A DNA stretch of 63,568 nucleotides, counting the filler, from Choristocarpus tenellus KU-1152 (lineage: Eukaryota; Protista; Phaeophyceae), in assembly GCA_964200185.2 (NCBI GenBank). It is 13 parts of 13 records of this genome, joined end to end, with 100 filler letters (N's around TTAATTAATTAA, not from the genome) between each part and the next. Parts side by side here need not be neighbours in the genome. Positions count along the whole stretch, not along the records: positions 1 to 7,263 come from CAXNAD020006439.1; positions 7,364 to 11,760 come from CAXNAD020014739.1; 11 more parts are not named here. The stretch is one strand, 5' to 3'. A program made the translations under genes and the position numbers. This document shows positions 1 to 11,371 of this stretch, piece by piece (the stretch's first letter is position 1; the number at the start of each line of letters is the position of its first letter). Below the pieces are notes generated by a model. The model saw only the letters and a program-made list of their open reading frames with translations. It made no database searches and was not told the DNA's origin.

Positions 1-338
1 GTATGTGTGTATGTATGTATGTATGTATGTATGTATATATACATACATACTCTCTCTGTCCCGTAAGTCTGTGCCTTTACGCATGTACCTCTCCGGGATG
101 ACCTCCGATTTAAAAACGGATTTTTGCATTGGATTCCTCAGAACACTTTTCCATAAGATGATGATGATGATGATGATGAGTTATATTCGAATAAATATAT
201 CCAGGAATTGTTCTGAAAACATGGAACAGAGGTTGCAGTGTTGGCAGTCGCCTCCTGCATCAACTTCGTCGTGCCATAACTTTTGATCAACAACGATTTT
301 TTTTTTTCATGAACATTGGTTTATTGTAATCGAATAGT

Positions 339-498
339 GAGTCTTAACCTTATTCCATGAGTCTTAACCTTATTCCATGAGTCTTAACCTTATTCCATGA
401 GTCTTAACCTTATTCCATGAGTCTTAACCTTATTCCATGAGTCTTAACCTTATTCCATGATTCTTATCCTTATTCAATGAGTCTTATTCAATGAGTCT
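339..498. repeat. 20-bp minisatellite (GAGTCTTAACCTTATTCCAT) x6 perfect plus ~2 degenerate copies
   Basis: Head-to-tail identical units from 339, no spacers. Confidence 0.95.
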
Positions 499-1133
499 TG
501 GTTGGTCAGCTTGCAGTAATCGTGAGAAATACAGGACCATACTTCAGAAATACAGGACCATACTTAAATCAAGTAGTTTGAGCAGGGGTGTCATGCGGGG
601 CGCGAACCGTGCTTTGAAGGAGAACAGCGCATTCAAGGACGATTTTGACACCAGAAGAGGCCATCTTCACCTGGAGAACATGGGCGTTGTTGTCTCTCCA
701 TTCTCTTTCCATTAGTTCCCATTTATGCGATGTTGTCACCTGCTGACTAAGGCTCACTCATGGGGGCCTGGGCCTCTGAACCAGACAATCCATGCCAAGT
801 CAAATGGGGTATTCTAAAGGTGCAGGCCTCCTGTGAGAATTAAATGTCTTGTACACCCTGTCCAATTTGGTGCACCCCGTTCCTTTCTCGTTGGAGTATA
901 TCAAACAGGTGGTAAGCAATACTCATCCTGAAGGACCTCTACACAATTACTCTGGAAAGCCCAACCCCCCTTCCTCCTTAAGACTGACAGGAATGTTGGC
1001 TCTCATTCCAGGCAAAGTGTAATCACAGTACCCTCGTACATAGTGCTTCGGCCGCCCCCAGACCGTCTCTATCGGGTTCAATTCACAGTGGTAGTTTGGA
1101 AGCATTAAGCAGTGTTCTCTGAGACGCTCAACC

Positions 1134-1213
1134 AGAATCGTGTCCTGTGATTGGCTTAAACATTATTAAACCTTGGCTTAATAATGTTTAAGCCAATCAC
1201 AGGACACGATTCT
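1134..1213. repeat. Perfect 36-bp inverted repeat with 8-nt loop
   Basis: AGAATCGTGTCCTGTGATTGGCTTAAACATTATTAA-accttggc-exact reverse complement. Confidence 0.9.
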
Positions 1214-1242
1214 AGCCCGCGTACTGTTTTGGCAGTGAATAA

Positions 1243-1605
1243 TCTTGATTTTTTTGAAAGGGTTGCCCAATGAGTTAATCGACGATCAGCATATCAGATG
1301 AAAGCTCTGGATCTAAGCTATTTAATTATATATTTAAAAGGAATTTTTTCGGAAAGTTATTTTTGGTCTTGATAATTCATTCTGGATCATTTTTCCAAGG
1401 TTGTGTCGAAAATATTTGGTTAAAATTTAACCTTACCAAAATAATTTTCCGAAAAAATTCCTTTGGACCGGTGATGGGTTAGATCCGGAGCTTTCATTCG
1501 ATATCATTTGATATAATTTGATATCATTCAATATCAATTGATATCATTTGATATGCTCATCGCTGTTTAACTCGTTGGGCAAGCCTTTAAAAAAAAAAAT
1601 CAAGA
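1243..1605. mobile_element. Foldback/MITE-like element with long imperfect terminal inverted repeats and nested internal inverted repeats
   Basis: TCTTGATTTTTTTGAAAGGGTTGCCCAATGAGTTAA... mirrors ...TTAACTCGTTGGGCAAGCCTTTAAAAAAAAAAATCAAGA; inner pairs GAAAGCTCTGGATCTAA/TTAGATCCGGAGCTTTC and AAAGGAATTTTTTCGGAAA/TTTCCGAAAAAATTCCTTT. Confidence 0.65.
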
Positions 1606-1778
1606 ATCCTCTCATCCTAGAGGTGATTGTTAACATTATTGGCACGTGTAGGTAGGTTCTGAACGTGAGGATATTATTATTATTATACATGACATTTTTT
1701 TTTTTGGTATAGAGCCAAAGGCTTCTTTTTTTCATGTGGTTGGGTGTTCTTAACCTTATTTTTATTGTTTTTTAAACC

Positions 1779-1823
<45 letters not shown>

Positions 1824-2407
1824 CATGGTTTATTTTATTTTATTTTATTTTATTTTATTTTATGGTGAGTGCACCCACACGTGTGTATTGGAGAGCCTTG
1901 TGATCTCTGCGCTCCAGATGTACAGCAAGCTAGCCCTAACCCTAAGCCATGCGTATATACTGTAGTCGTGTTCTCACCTCACTATGGCGTTGTTGTGTCC
2001 ATATCCCAGAAGAAGGCACTGAATTATTATTGTATTGACGGCATTGAGGGAAAGTCATTAGCGAGGATAGGAACACTAATGAACACTAATGAACACTAAT
2101 GAAAAAAACGGCCAACAAATTCAATGCTAAAATCGGAGATACTTCGAAATCGGAGGTAATCCCGAAGAGGTACACGCACAAAGGGTTAGGGTTAGGGTTA
2201 GGGTTATGGGGCAGAGGGAGTATAGATGTAAGTATAGATGTAGGTATAGATGTAAGTGTGTTGCATAGTAATACATTCGTAGTTGCAGATTTTACACCCT
2301 GGTGTGTGTGTGTTGTGTTGTGTCTATGTGTCTATTTTTGTTCATGAAGATGGTACCCAATCATACACACACATGCACATGACACATGACAAGAACAATA
2401 TTTGCAG

Positions 2408-5400
2408 GCCGGAGGATGACAATGGCTTTGATGCGGATGAGGCCGCTCTCCTGAAGGAGATGATTGATCTGCCCAAGAATATAGGGGTTCGCAAGGTGAC
2501 TGAAAAAATCTAAAACCTCATTTTTATTTTATTTTTATTTTTAATTTTTTGTACGGGGAGGTGTTTTGAAGTGATTTATTAATTATTAATTTATTTGTTT
2601 ATTTATTTATTTGTGTGTGCACTACTTATGAGTAGTTTTCATGTGCATTTCATGTTGATTTTTCAACTTTGGAAGCTATTTTTTGTTATTATTATGTTTA
2701 TTATACTTTTTATTTTATTTTTTATTGTTGGTGTGGTAGTAGTTGGAAGGAAGAGTGGACTTGATAATTTGGTTAAATGTACAATAAACAATATTTAGTG
2801 AACAATATTTAGTGAACAATGGATCAGCTGGTTTACAGCATTGGACACTTCTTGTACTCATGATATATTTTAATAGTATAGTACAGTATACTTACTATAG
2901 TGTAGTATACTATAGTACAGTACAGTACAGTACAGTATAGTGTAATACGATATAGTGTTGTGTTGTGTAGGATGTAAGACTTGCAAGACAGGTAGGGTTT
3001 TGTTCTTTGGCCTGTGTGCAGGTGTTGTGATGTGATCTGTGAACTTTCAATGGTTCCAAGGAGATGTTTGATTTGAGTGATCTGAGTGATCTGAATGTGT
3101 GGTTTGAGTGTGTAGAATTTGGATGCGGTTATGTTTTTTTTTTTTTAGTGAAAAAACCCCTTTGATTGATCTAATGTGTGATCAAAAGTGTCACGAGTTA
3201 AACTTTGTTTTTGAAAGGAAGTGGGTTTCTACAGAGGAGAAGGCATTGTGTGATCGAAAGTATCACAAGTTAAACTTTGTTTTTGAAAGGAAGTGGGTTT
3301 CTACAGAGGAGAAGGCGTTCTATGTGCTACTACAGTATTGACTTGAATTTTCTTATTTATTGAAGCACTGGGTTTGGGGTGCTATCAATAATATTACTGT
3401 CTGTATAGCTTGAAGTACAGTGTACAGACTTGAGTACCCTTTGCACTTGATGTTGTAATGTATTACTTTCAAGAACTTCGAAGTACTTTGATCTTAGGCT
3501 TAGGACTATTTTACACTTTGTACTGTGTACTCTTGAGTATTTCAACAGTCCTTCAGTTACTTAGGGTTAGGGTTAGGGTTAGGGTTAGTACTTTTTTTCC
3601 CCAGTCAGTCGGTTTCAAGTGAAGTGTTGTGATAAACTTTTGCATACCTTGAAAGAGTACTTCTCTTTGGTACATAGATTGATATCAATGCATTGGCACC
3701 AAAACGTACTAATATATGTACAATATATCAGTATATTGACAAGTAATCAATGACCAAACCCCATTTTGTACATTCGTCGCTGAGATAGATCAATGACATG
3801 ATGGGACGGGCTAAGCTGGTGAAGGTACACTTGCAGTTGATGTTCAGCATCAAGGGGCGCATGCCCAGGCTGTGGGGAATTGATGCAGCGCAGGTACTGA
3901 GATGTTGTAACTGATGTAACTGATGTAACAGATGCAATTGATGCAATTGATGCAATCGGTGGTACTACTATGAATGGTGTAACTATGACAATTGGTTTCA
4001 TGCCTTGAATTGTTCCTGTTTTAGTTTTTTTATGTTTGGTGTTTTATATTTTTTTGCCAAGTCATTGTATGCACATGTCAATCACTTTGTGGGCCCACCT
4101 GATATCGTCTATTGTTTTGGACTGTTAATTCAGTCTGTTGCTATTTTGCTATTAATTCTGTTGTGATGTAATTATGATGCTGTTTATGTAGCTCCAGTAA
4201 TTTCAGTGGAACTGTAAGTTCCCCAGTATCAGTTTTATTGCTTTTGCTACTACACTTTTTTTTTGTGATTATCAAGGTAAGATAAGGTGGTGCCTTTGGT
4301 ATATATGGTATATATATACCTTGAGAAACTCTTTGCGTGTCATTATTGTTTTTTTTAAATCTCGAGTGTACTTTGGGGGATGTGATTGGATCTTGTTGAA
4401 GCATATCCTAAAGTCTGTATGTATTATTGTATTATTATTTTTTTTGTATTTGCAATGGTAGTAACAGCATTGACATACTTCAAGGTGTGTGAAGGTAAAG
4501 TAAGGTGACACCAACATTTACAGGTCATGATGACACAGTGTATCACAGCAAAGGCATACATAGAAGTTAGTGTTCCAAGTATGTGTCAATCTCAACACAA
4601 ACAGCACTTGTAACATTATAGCACTGATAAAACTCACAACATTGGAACACCTATAACGCTGATAACATTATACACTGATAGCACTTCTAACATTGTATCA
4701 CTACTAACACCCTTAACACTGTAGCACTAGTAACACTGATGAGTTAAAAGTATCTTATTAAGAGAGGTTACGAACTTTTCCTTGTTTGTCCGTTTGGGGG
4801 ATTGGCTGGCTTCCCACGGGTTTTTAATGCCATTTCCTACTCTGAAATGTTTTGGAGTAGGTGAAATTATACGTAATAGTGTGTAAAGTGTTCATGTTAT
4901 GAAAATGTTATGAAAATGTTATGAACAGGTGTCTGTTCGGAACAAGGTTAATGACACTTCCTAACAAACACGATAGCCAAAATTACATCAAAATCAAAAC
5001 ATTAGATTTTGGCCCCCAAACGGACATGGCTCTACTCTCTAAGATAACTTGACTCTGATAACATTATACACTGATAGCACTTCTAACATTGTAGTACTTA
5101 CAACTTATAAACACCAACCATACTAATAAGATGACATGCTGATAACATTTTAGCACTAGTATCACTGATAACACTGATAGCTTCAAGGGCATATGTGGTA
5201 GGGTAAAGGTGAAGGATAGGGATTGGTGAGAGACACCAGAGTAAGGTGGGTATGTCTAAGTTTGGAGTGTAGAGCAGGTATATCTTCTCACTATGTACCA
5301 CTCAAAATAATGGTATATCTCATTATTGTCTCAAAATAATCTCATTATTGTCATGATATATTTTTAAATAGAACAGTTTGTACTTTTGTACTGCAGGTCC

Positions 5401-6939
5401 TCAGCTTACGTGTCATTCACTATCCTACTTCTACTTGAATATTATTATTGTTTTCTTTTTGACATTGATACTGATTATCCATCACCCTCCTCCTGATTTG
5501 CCCCTCCCCATCCCCACCAATGCCATGGCTACTACTGTGTGTATGTGTGTGTGTATGTGTGTGTGTGTGTGTGTGTGTGTTTCTTATCTCTTTTTTATGA
5601 TGGGATGGAATGGTGTGTTTTGGCCAATTGTGTGTTTTTTTATTTTATTTTCCACAGGACCGTATAGTATCTCAGTTGAATGATGTCTTTGACCAGGTTC
5701 AACGCCAGTATGACATTCCTCCAGGCGACATGCCTTCCATGGAGGTAGGGTATACTATTGATTGTTTGTTGGACTCATGAAAGGGTCATGCACAGCAAAT
5801 AGTCCAAAAACCAGGATGTAGTGTTTATGTAGTGGGGGGACTATCCAACATAAAAAAACAAACAGGGGTTGTGCTCCTGTGGTCAACATCAATAAAAAAA
5901 TTAATTAAATGGGTACCACAAAGGGATTCTTGTTTTCCTGTTGGTGAATATTTCTAAGTGTGTGTACTACATATTATGTATGTATGTATATATGTACATA
6001 TTATGCATGTAATGTATATATTATTTATGCACGCGACAAAAGGAGACTTCTGTCTACATTCATCATTTAGGTTCAATTTTGAAGTTTGATTTTTTTTGAT
6101 TAATAAAAATTAGTAAGTTACATTCATATGGGATGAGATCAATAGATCATGCGACCCATGTCAAGAAACATACTTTCTGTAGTTACGTCATTAATTAATT
6201 AATTTATAGGTTGACTAGAGTTCTTTCTTAATTGAACACCCCAATATTTCAATAATAATAATAATTTGTCAAAACAGTACTATACCGCTGATCCATTAGG
6301 TGAGATTGTTGTGTGGCAACGATGGTCCATGGATTTTTCTGGGAAGTTTCCCTCTCTGACTTTAGTCAAGAATTGAGATGCCACTGTTCAAACAAGACAG
6401 GTAGTCACGTGGCAGCATGTTTGGCAGTATATGAATGTTTGGCACAGTGACAATAGCACTTTGGGCGTTTTATTCTTGAGGTTTGAAGGTTTTTTTTTTT
6501 ACAGATTTATTGTTTCAATATGGTTCAATTCATAAAGGGTTACAGATTTCAATAGATACATGCCTGTGGAAAGGTGTTTAGCTGTCTCCGTGGTGAAATC
6601 AGATTATTATTTTTTTTTAATGGTTTATTTCAAGTTAGAAACTTTCAGGAAACACCTGTGTGTTGTCATATGATGTTAGGGTTAGGGTAAGGTTTAGAGT
6701 AGGCCGTGGTCAGCATTAGTAGTGTACCATAATTTCTATTAGGTAAGCAATTAATGGCACTCAAATGCTTTGTGTTTCTCTCTCTTTGAGATCATTGTAC
6801 ATGCATGAGATGAGTGCAACTAAAGAGGCCCTTCTGTGCCTGGTAGGTGTACAGGAGGAACCTACCCAAGGTGGACTTTAGGGACCTCCCCAAGAGAAAC
6901 AGACGCATCTTGGCAAGCCTGGATGACATCATTGAAAAG
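2408..6939 (+). CDS. EH-domain-containing (EHD) dynamin-like ATPase, helical region; partial, exons 2408-2495, 3789-3893, 5658-5744, 6847-6939
   Basis: Phase-consistent GT-AG exons join to ..DADEAALLKEMIDLPKNIGVRK|INDMMGRAKLVKVHLQLMFSIKGRMPRLWGIDAAQ|DRIVSQLNDVFDQVQRQYDIPPGDMPSME|VYRRNLPKVDFRDLPKRNRRILASLDDIIEK, matching EHD motifs LPRNA..RK.N.L.KRARL.KVH and PGDFP. Confidence 0.85.
3561..3588 (+). repeat. Interstitial telomere-like (TTAGGG)n tract; shorter or degenerate ones near 1934 (CCCTAA), 2183, 6676, 57362
   Basis: ttagggttagggttagggttagggttag inside an EHD intron. Confidence 0.85.
4741..5055. mobile_element. MITE family A copy (TGAT/TGAT flanks; internal tandem expansion)
   Basis: GAGTTAAAAGTATCTT...AAGATAACTTGACTC termini; body shared with other copies. 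Confidence 0.85.
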
Positions 6940-7263
6940 GTGTATTTGTGGGTGTTGTGTTTGTCATGAGGAGGTACTCTTGGGGAGGAGGGGCAAGGGC
7001 ATCATTTTGTATGTGATTTTAGTTGCATTCACTGATGTGAAGTATGTTGTCTTCTTGGCACTGGATGAAACATCTGTTCGTTAGGAGGTAAAGCTTGACA
7101 AATTGGAACTAACCCAAGGTATCAACTGTGCCAGTCTAGACTTTACACCACATGAAACGCTTGTTCCCTTCCTCCTCCGCCCACCTGTGTCATGTATAAA
7201 CCTCTTTTGTCAGTGGATATCCTGCCTCCTTTTACCTAACCCCTGTGACCCCCCTCCCCCCCC

Positions 7264-7362
7264 NNNNNNNNNNNNNNNNNNNNNNNNNNNNNNNNNNNNN
7301 NNNNNNNTTAATTAATTAANNNNNNNNNNNNNNNNNNNNNNNNNNNNNNNNNNNNNNNNNNN
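7264..7362. other. Artificial contig-joining spacer N-TTAATTAATTAA-N; also at 11761, 29766, 32407, 36298, 39033, 42096, 45179, 49997, 52927, 57173, 60488
   Basis: Same ~100-bp N/TTAATTAATTAA/N block 12 times; six-frame stop linker. Confidence 0.97.
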
Positions 7363-7480
7363 NGCTGAGGTTTGAAAGATTTAAGTGGAAGAGAAAAAAA
7401 CATTCAATGGCACAGAAAACCGTTAGCCTGTAGGGTCTCAGCCATAATGTTTATTTTTTTATTGCTTTTTATTTTGTCAT

Positions 7481-7752
7481 GAGTGAAAGTATCTTAAGAG
7501 GGGTACAAGTTTTGCCCTGCTTGTCCATTCGGGGCTTGGCTTCCCATGCTTTTTTTTTTTTTTTTTTTTTTTTCCTACTCCAAAATGTTTCAGAGTAGGT
7601 AGAACGCATACATTACGAAAAGGTGTGTCCGGAACAAGGATATTGGCACTTCCTAACAAACACGATAGCCAAAATTACATTGAAATTGCAACATTGGATT
7701 TTGGTCCCCAAATGGACGCGGCTAATACCCCCCTCTTAAGATACTTTGGCTC
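7481..7752. mobile_element. MITE family A copy (CAT/CAT target duplication)
   Basis: GAGTGAAAGTATCTTAAGAGGGG...CCCCTCTTAAGATACTTTGGCTC. Confidence 0.9.
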
Positions 7753-8172
7753 CATAATATAGAAGGGCTTCTTTTCTTCATAGATTGTAGTCATACATGA
7801 CAAGCCTGTCCTGACAGGTGAGGGGAGATAGAGTAACAGGAAGTAAGCCCACAACTGCACATCTTCACGCAATACTGCAACCTCGTGGAAACAAATTAGC
7901 TACTAGCATTAAACAGATCAAGAGAGATTTTGACTTTGTCTCACTTTTAGCATGAACTCCACTGAGTAGAGAAGGGAAATCATCACACATCCAGAGCCTT
8001 GGCAAGTTTTGAGGTGAAAAAAAAAAACAGCAGCAAAGTTTTTTTTGTTTGAAAATCTCCAACCCCCTTACCCTCAACTTGGTCAAAATCAGCAAAAAAT
8101 CACATCCTCACCCAAAATAAGACCTCTTTTTGACACCCAAATCCAAGATCCACTCACAATCCCCAATCCTCT

Positions 8173-10127
8173 CTAGCCGCCATCTTTCCTGCTGTTGGTA
8201 TGCCCGCTCTTAACATTTCACCCATGCTTCAAACAAGCCGAGACTTCACCACAATAGCAATAATAGCGCTGCAGCAGAGGCAAATGCAATATATCCGTAA
8301 CCCTAGATTCCACCTCCCACGCTTGCCCTGGAATTTTGTAGCCAACTCCTTACCCCCCTCCCAGCTAACCCACCCCGCAATCTCCTACGATTTATAAGTA
8401 CTACACCCAACCAACATTCTACACACACGCACACCCCTCCTCACCGATCAAAGTACACCGCCGGCATCACAACAAAGATCACAGTGCAAGAAAGACCTAC
8501 CTTCTTCACAGAATACACACAGTCCTCCCCATGCCCTGCTCGGACACAACCAGAGCATGAGGGGCGAGCACCGTCACAGCGCCTTTTCCTCCTATTGCAA
8601 AAATCACAAGATGCGCGAACCCCTCTCCCAACACCCTCCCCCCCCCTCGAGGAGGATGAAGTCCCCAAAGCGCTTGAACCCCTGCCCCAGCCCCCAATAC
8701 CCCCATCATCAGAGCCAGAGTAGGACTCATCTGACCTCCCCTCAGCCCTGAAGGATGCACCCCATTTGAGGGATAGAAAAGGGAAGTGTGAGGGGGAGGG
8801 GTACGGGATTCAAAATCTTGACACAACCACAAGGCAAGCTTCTGTTTGTTGAAACCATTGAAACCGTACTATTTCATTAACAGTACTAAGAAGGATCAAG
8901 CAGTGCATGCAACTGAGGTTATCATGTCATGAGCTCCACTGGGATAGAGGGAGGGATGCAAGATGTCGACAGCAAAGCACAGACTAATCTCATTACATCA
9001 ATGGAAAGAAAAGCTCCACTGCTTGGATGGTTTCCTCCCCTCACTATTTTCAACGGCATGAACACAGATGTCTAGCGTAAGGAAGGAAAACGATAGTTAA
9101 AAAATGAGTCTTCATTGAGAAAATCTACTGGTAGAAACGTTGGCACTTCACAACATACAATGTGAGGAGATCATTCACTCTCAGGGAACCGAGCTGCAGT
9201 CAGTCAAGCACGGTACTACAGCATAAAAGACTGCTACAATCCTGTCACATGCGGAACTGCATGAACAGAGTTCTACTACGTTCACTTATCGTCACAACTA
9301 TCGAATCGGACCTGGTAGGACCTGCATTTTCATGCCCCTTCTGTGTTCGCTGTATTTGCGAAATAGGGATACTGTTGTCGACACTCTTGCGCTTCGAATT
9401 TTTTACTCCTCCCCCCTGTCCTTGCCCCGCGAGAGGTATATTTGCTCCTTGAGCCTGTACGACACTGTCCTCTGGGCGTGGCTTACGCTTCCGTCCACTC
9501 TTCTGCTTGATGCTGAAGTGGCACACGAGTTTAAGCTGCAACAGCGCAATCAAAGATCGGGGAACATAAGATAGGAAGATTTTATAGGGGCTAGGGATTC
9601 ACCGTTCGGCAAAAAATGCACATCCATTGTACAAGTCGACGAACATAGACGCCTCTACTTGGTCGACCATTAATGTTTCCAAGTCTTGAGGGTTCGACAC
9701 TGAGTCCCGAGAATGGAAATACGTCAGATCCAATCCATTAAGGATCGATTCCTTCCTGCATCATTTTCCAGCCCTCTAGTGGGTTATAGTACAGAAATAC
9801 GGGTAGTTCCCTCTGGACAGACGTACAAGTTCAATAGCAACCTATGACCTGGTCCTTCGTGAGCGTAGGGCGTGAGTACCACCCTCATACCTTGCAGCAG
9901 TTTTGACATGGTTGGTTCCCATTGCATTTTCGCTTCCTTCTCGAGCAAAAGTCACAACTGGCACGACGCTCGCCTTCGCCGCCAGAACCTGGGATTGATT
10001 TTGCCGTCTCACTTGTTTTTCTCACAACTTCGACGGAAGGCACTTCGTTAACAACTGAACCTCCGCCTACATCCCATGTAGAATCAGAGGCACTGTCCTC
10101 ATCACTTGCACCACAAATCCCACGCAT
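8173..10127 (-). CDS. Transcription factor with two Zn(II)2Cys6 (GAL4-type) clusters; exons 10127-9891, 9535-9312, 8747-8501, probable last exon 8208-8173
   Basis: Cluster 1 CDFCSRRKRKCNGNQPCQNCCK|LKLVC spans an intron; cluster 2 CDFCNRRKRRCDGARPSCSGCVRAGHGEDC; exon phases agree; start and last exon are less certain. Confidence 0.8.
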
Positions 10128-10596
10128 CGATGGGTCAGGACTGGGACGTTCCCTGATGCTCAACCGCCGTCGGAGAGCAAAACCTCAATCCAACCCCACC
10201 TTGCACTTTGCAACTTGGACGACAGAGGACTCGTGCAACCAATCTTCTACAGCTACTTACACAACTGGCTATTCAGTAGATTGAGAACGTCGAAAGTGCT
10301 CCAACAGGTGCGGTTCTTCGCGTGATGGGTGCTAAGCTCAGCCTCAAGTTCGACATGTGGTGATCCCCTCCAACTCCGACTAGATCGAGTGGAGAACTGA
10401 CGTTTGCAGATACGTCCCCGTATATTATGTATCAAGTAAAACAACAAAAAGTATACTAACAAACAAGAAGCAACAACAATACAGAATCAACAATACAGAA
10501 TACTGTAATGCAGAACAGAAAAGATCAAGTTATACATAATATATCCACCTTCCAAAGAAGGTATACCTTTTGAATGGAAGGTGGATATAATACATA

Positions 10597-11371
10597 CAGT
10601 AGGTTACCCGATTTGGGGTCAAATATTATGAACCAGATCAAAAATAATCAATTTTGTACCGCTTTTTTCGACATGCTCAAAAATAGGATTTTGTACCGTA
10701 ATTCTCGCATTCGGGCAATTTGGCACAAAATCCCAGAGATATTCACGCGAGAGTGGCGCGCGCGAAAAAAATTGTCGCGAAAAGTGCCCTTCTTCCTGGT
10801 CTGGATCATGCTACCATACAGCAGTACAGTATATTGCTGGTGGGGAATAAAGTGGAAGCCATGCCTTGCGCAGCGGGAAACCTCTGCAAGATGCCTCCAA
10901 ACACACCGGGTCCGCCTTTTTACACAATCCACAAGTGCCGTAAGTGCGATGGGTACCTCTATGGTATATGTGGTGTACAGGATCCCGAACCCGACGATGA
11001 CTGCAAACATTTGTGTGAGGGGCAGTGCTTGGCACTGCAGCAAGTCGCGGGCGCTGACAGCAAGGGCACATTGTTATCGGCTTCATTGCTCGACTCGCTG
11101 AATGGTAGCTCGTCTGGTGCTGCAGCTGGCAGCCGCGGGCAGGAGGGGCCATGGAACAAAGAGGTCCAACTTGATGTTGAACACGAAGTCAGAAGTGCTT
11201 GACCACCTCAAGAACAGGAAGCTCAAAGTCGCTTTTATCGCAGAAAAATTCAACATTGCCGAAAAGATGGTGAGGAAAATCCAGGCTGAAGAAAAGAAAA
11301 TCATGGAGCAACTCAATTCGAGACCGGGGGCAGGGAAAGCAAAGTCTCTCAAAGGGCCCAAGTTTCCCGAG
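10597..11371 (+). mobile_element. pogo/Tigger-like DNA transposon 5' part: TA|CAGT terminus, Cys-rich N-terminal segment, CENP-B-type HTH (frameshifted)
   Basis: TACAGTAGGTTACCCG at ~10595; ORF 10720 with CAAGNLC..HKCRKCDGYLYGICG; ORF 11102 RSNLMLNTKSEVLDHLK..IAEKFNIAEKMVRKI..KGPKFPE followed by GTGCGT donor. Confidence 0.65.

Noticed and set aside
339-498. CRISPR-like array (also 50455-50775)
   Set aside because: Units are contiguous with no unique spacers, there are no cas genes, and the context is eukaryotic.
610-680. Similarity to 26410-26480 (GGACGATTTYGACAC core)
   Set aside because: Only a short shared core; too little to define an element.
5-7260. Short ORFs in the ORF track over microsatellites, MITEs and antisense to real exons (e.g. 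54953-55216, 56744-57163)
   Set aside because: Low-complexity or shadow frames with no domain signal.
7264-7362. Recurrent TTAATTAATTAA palindrome as a biological motif
   Set aside because: Always centred in fixed-length N runs; it is a six-frame-stop concatenation linker. Gene neighbourhoods across it are meaningless.
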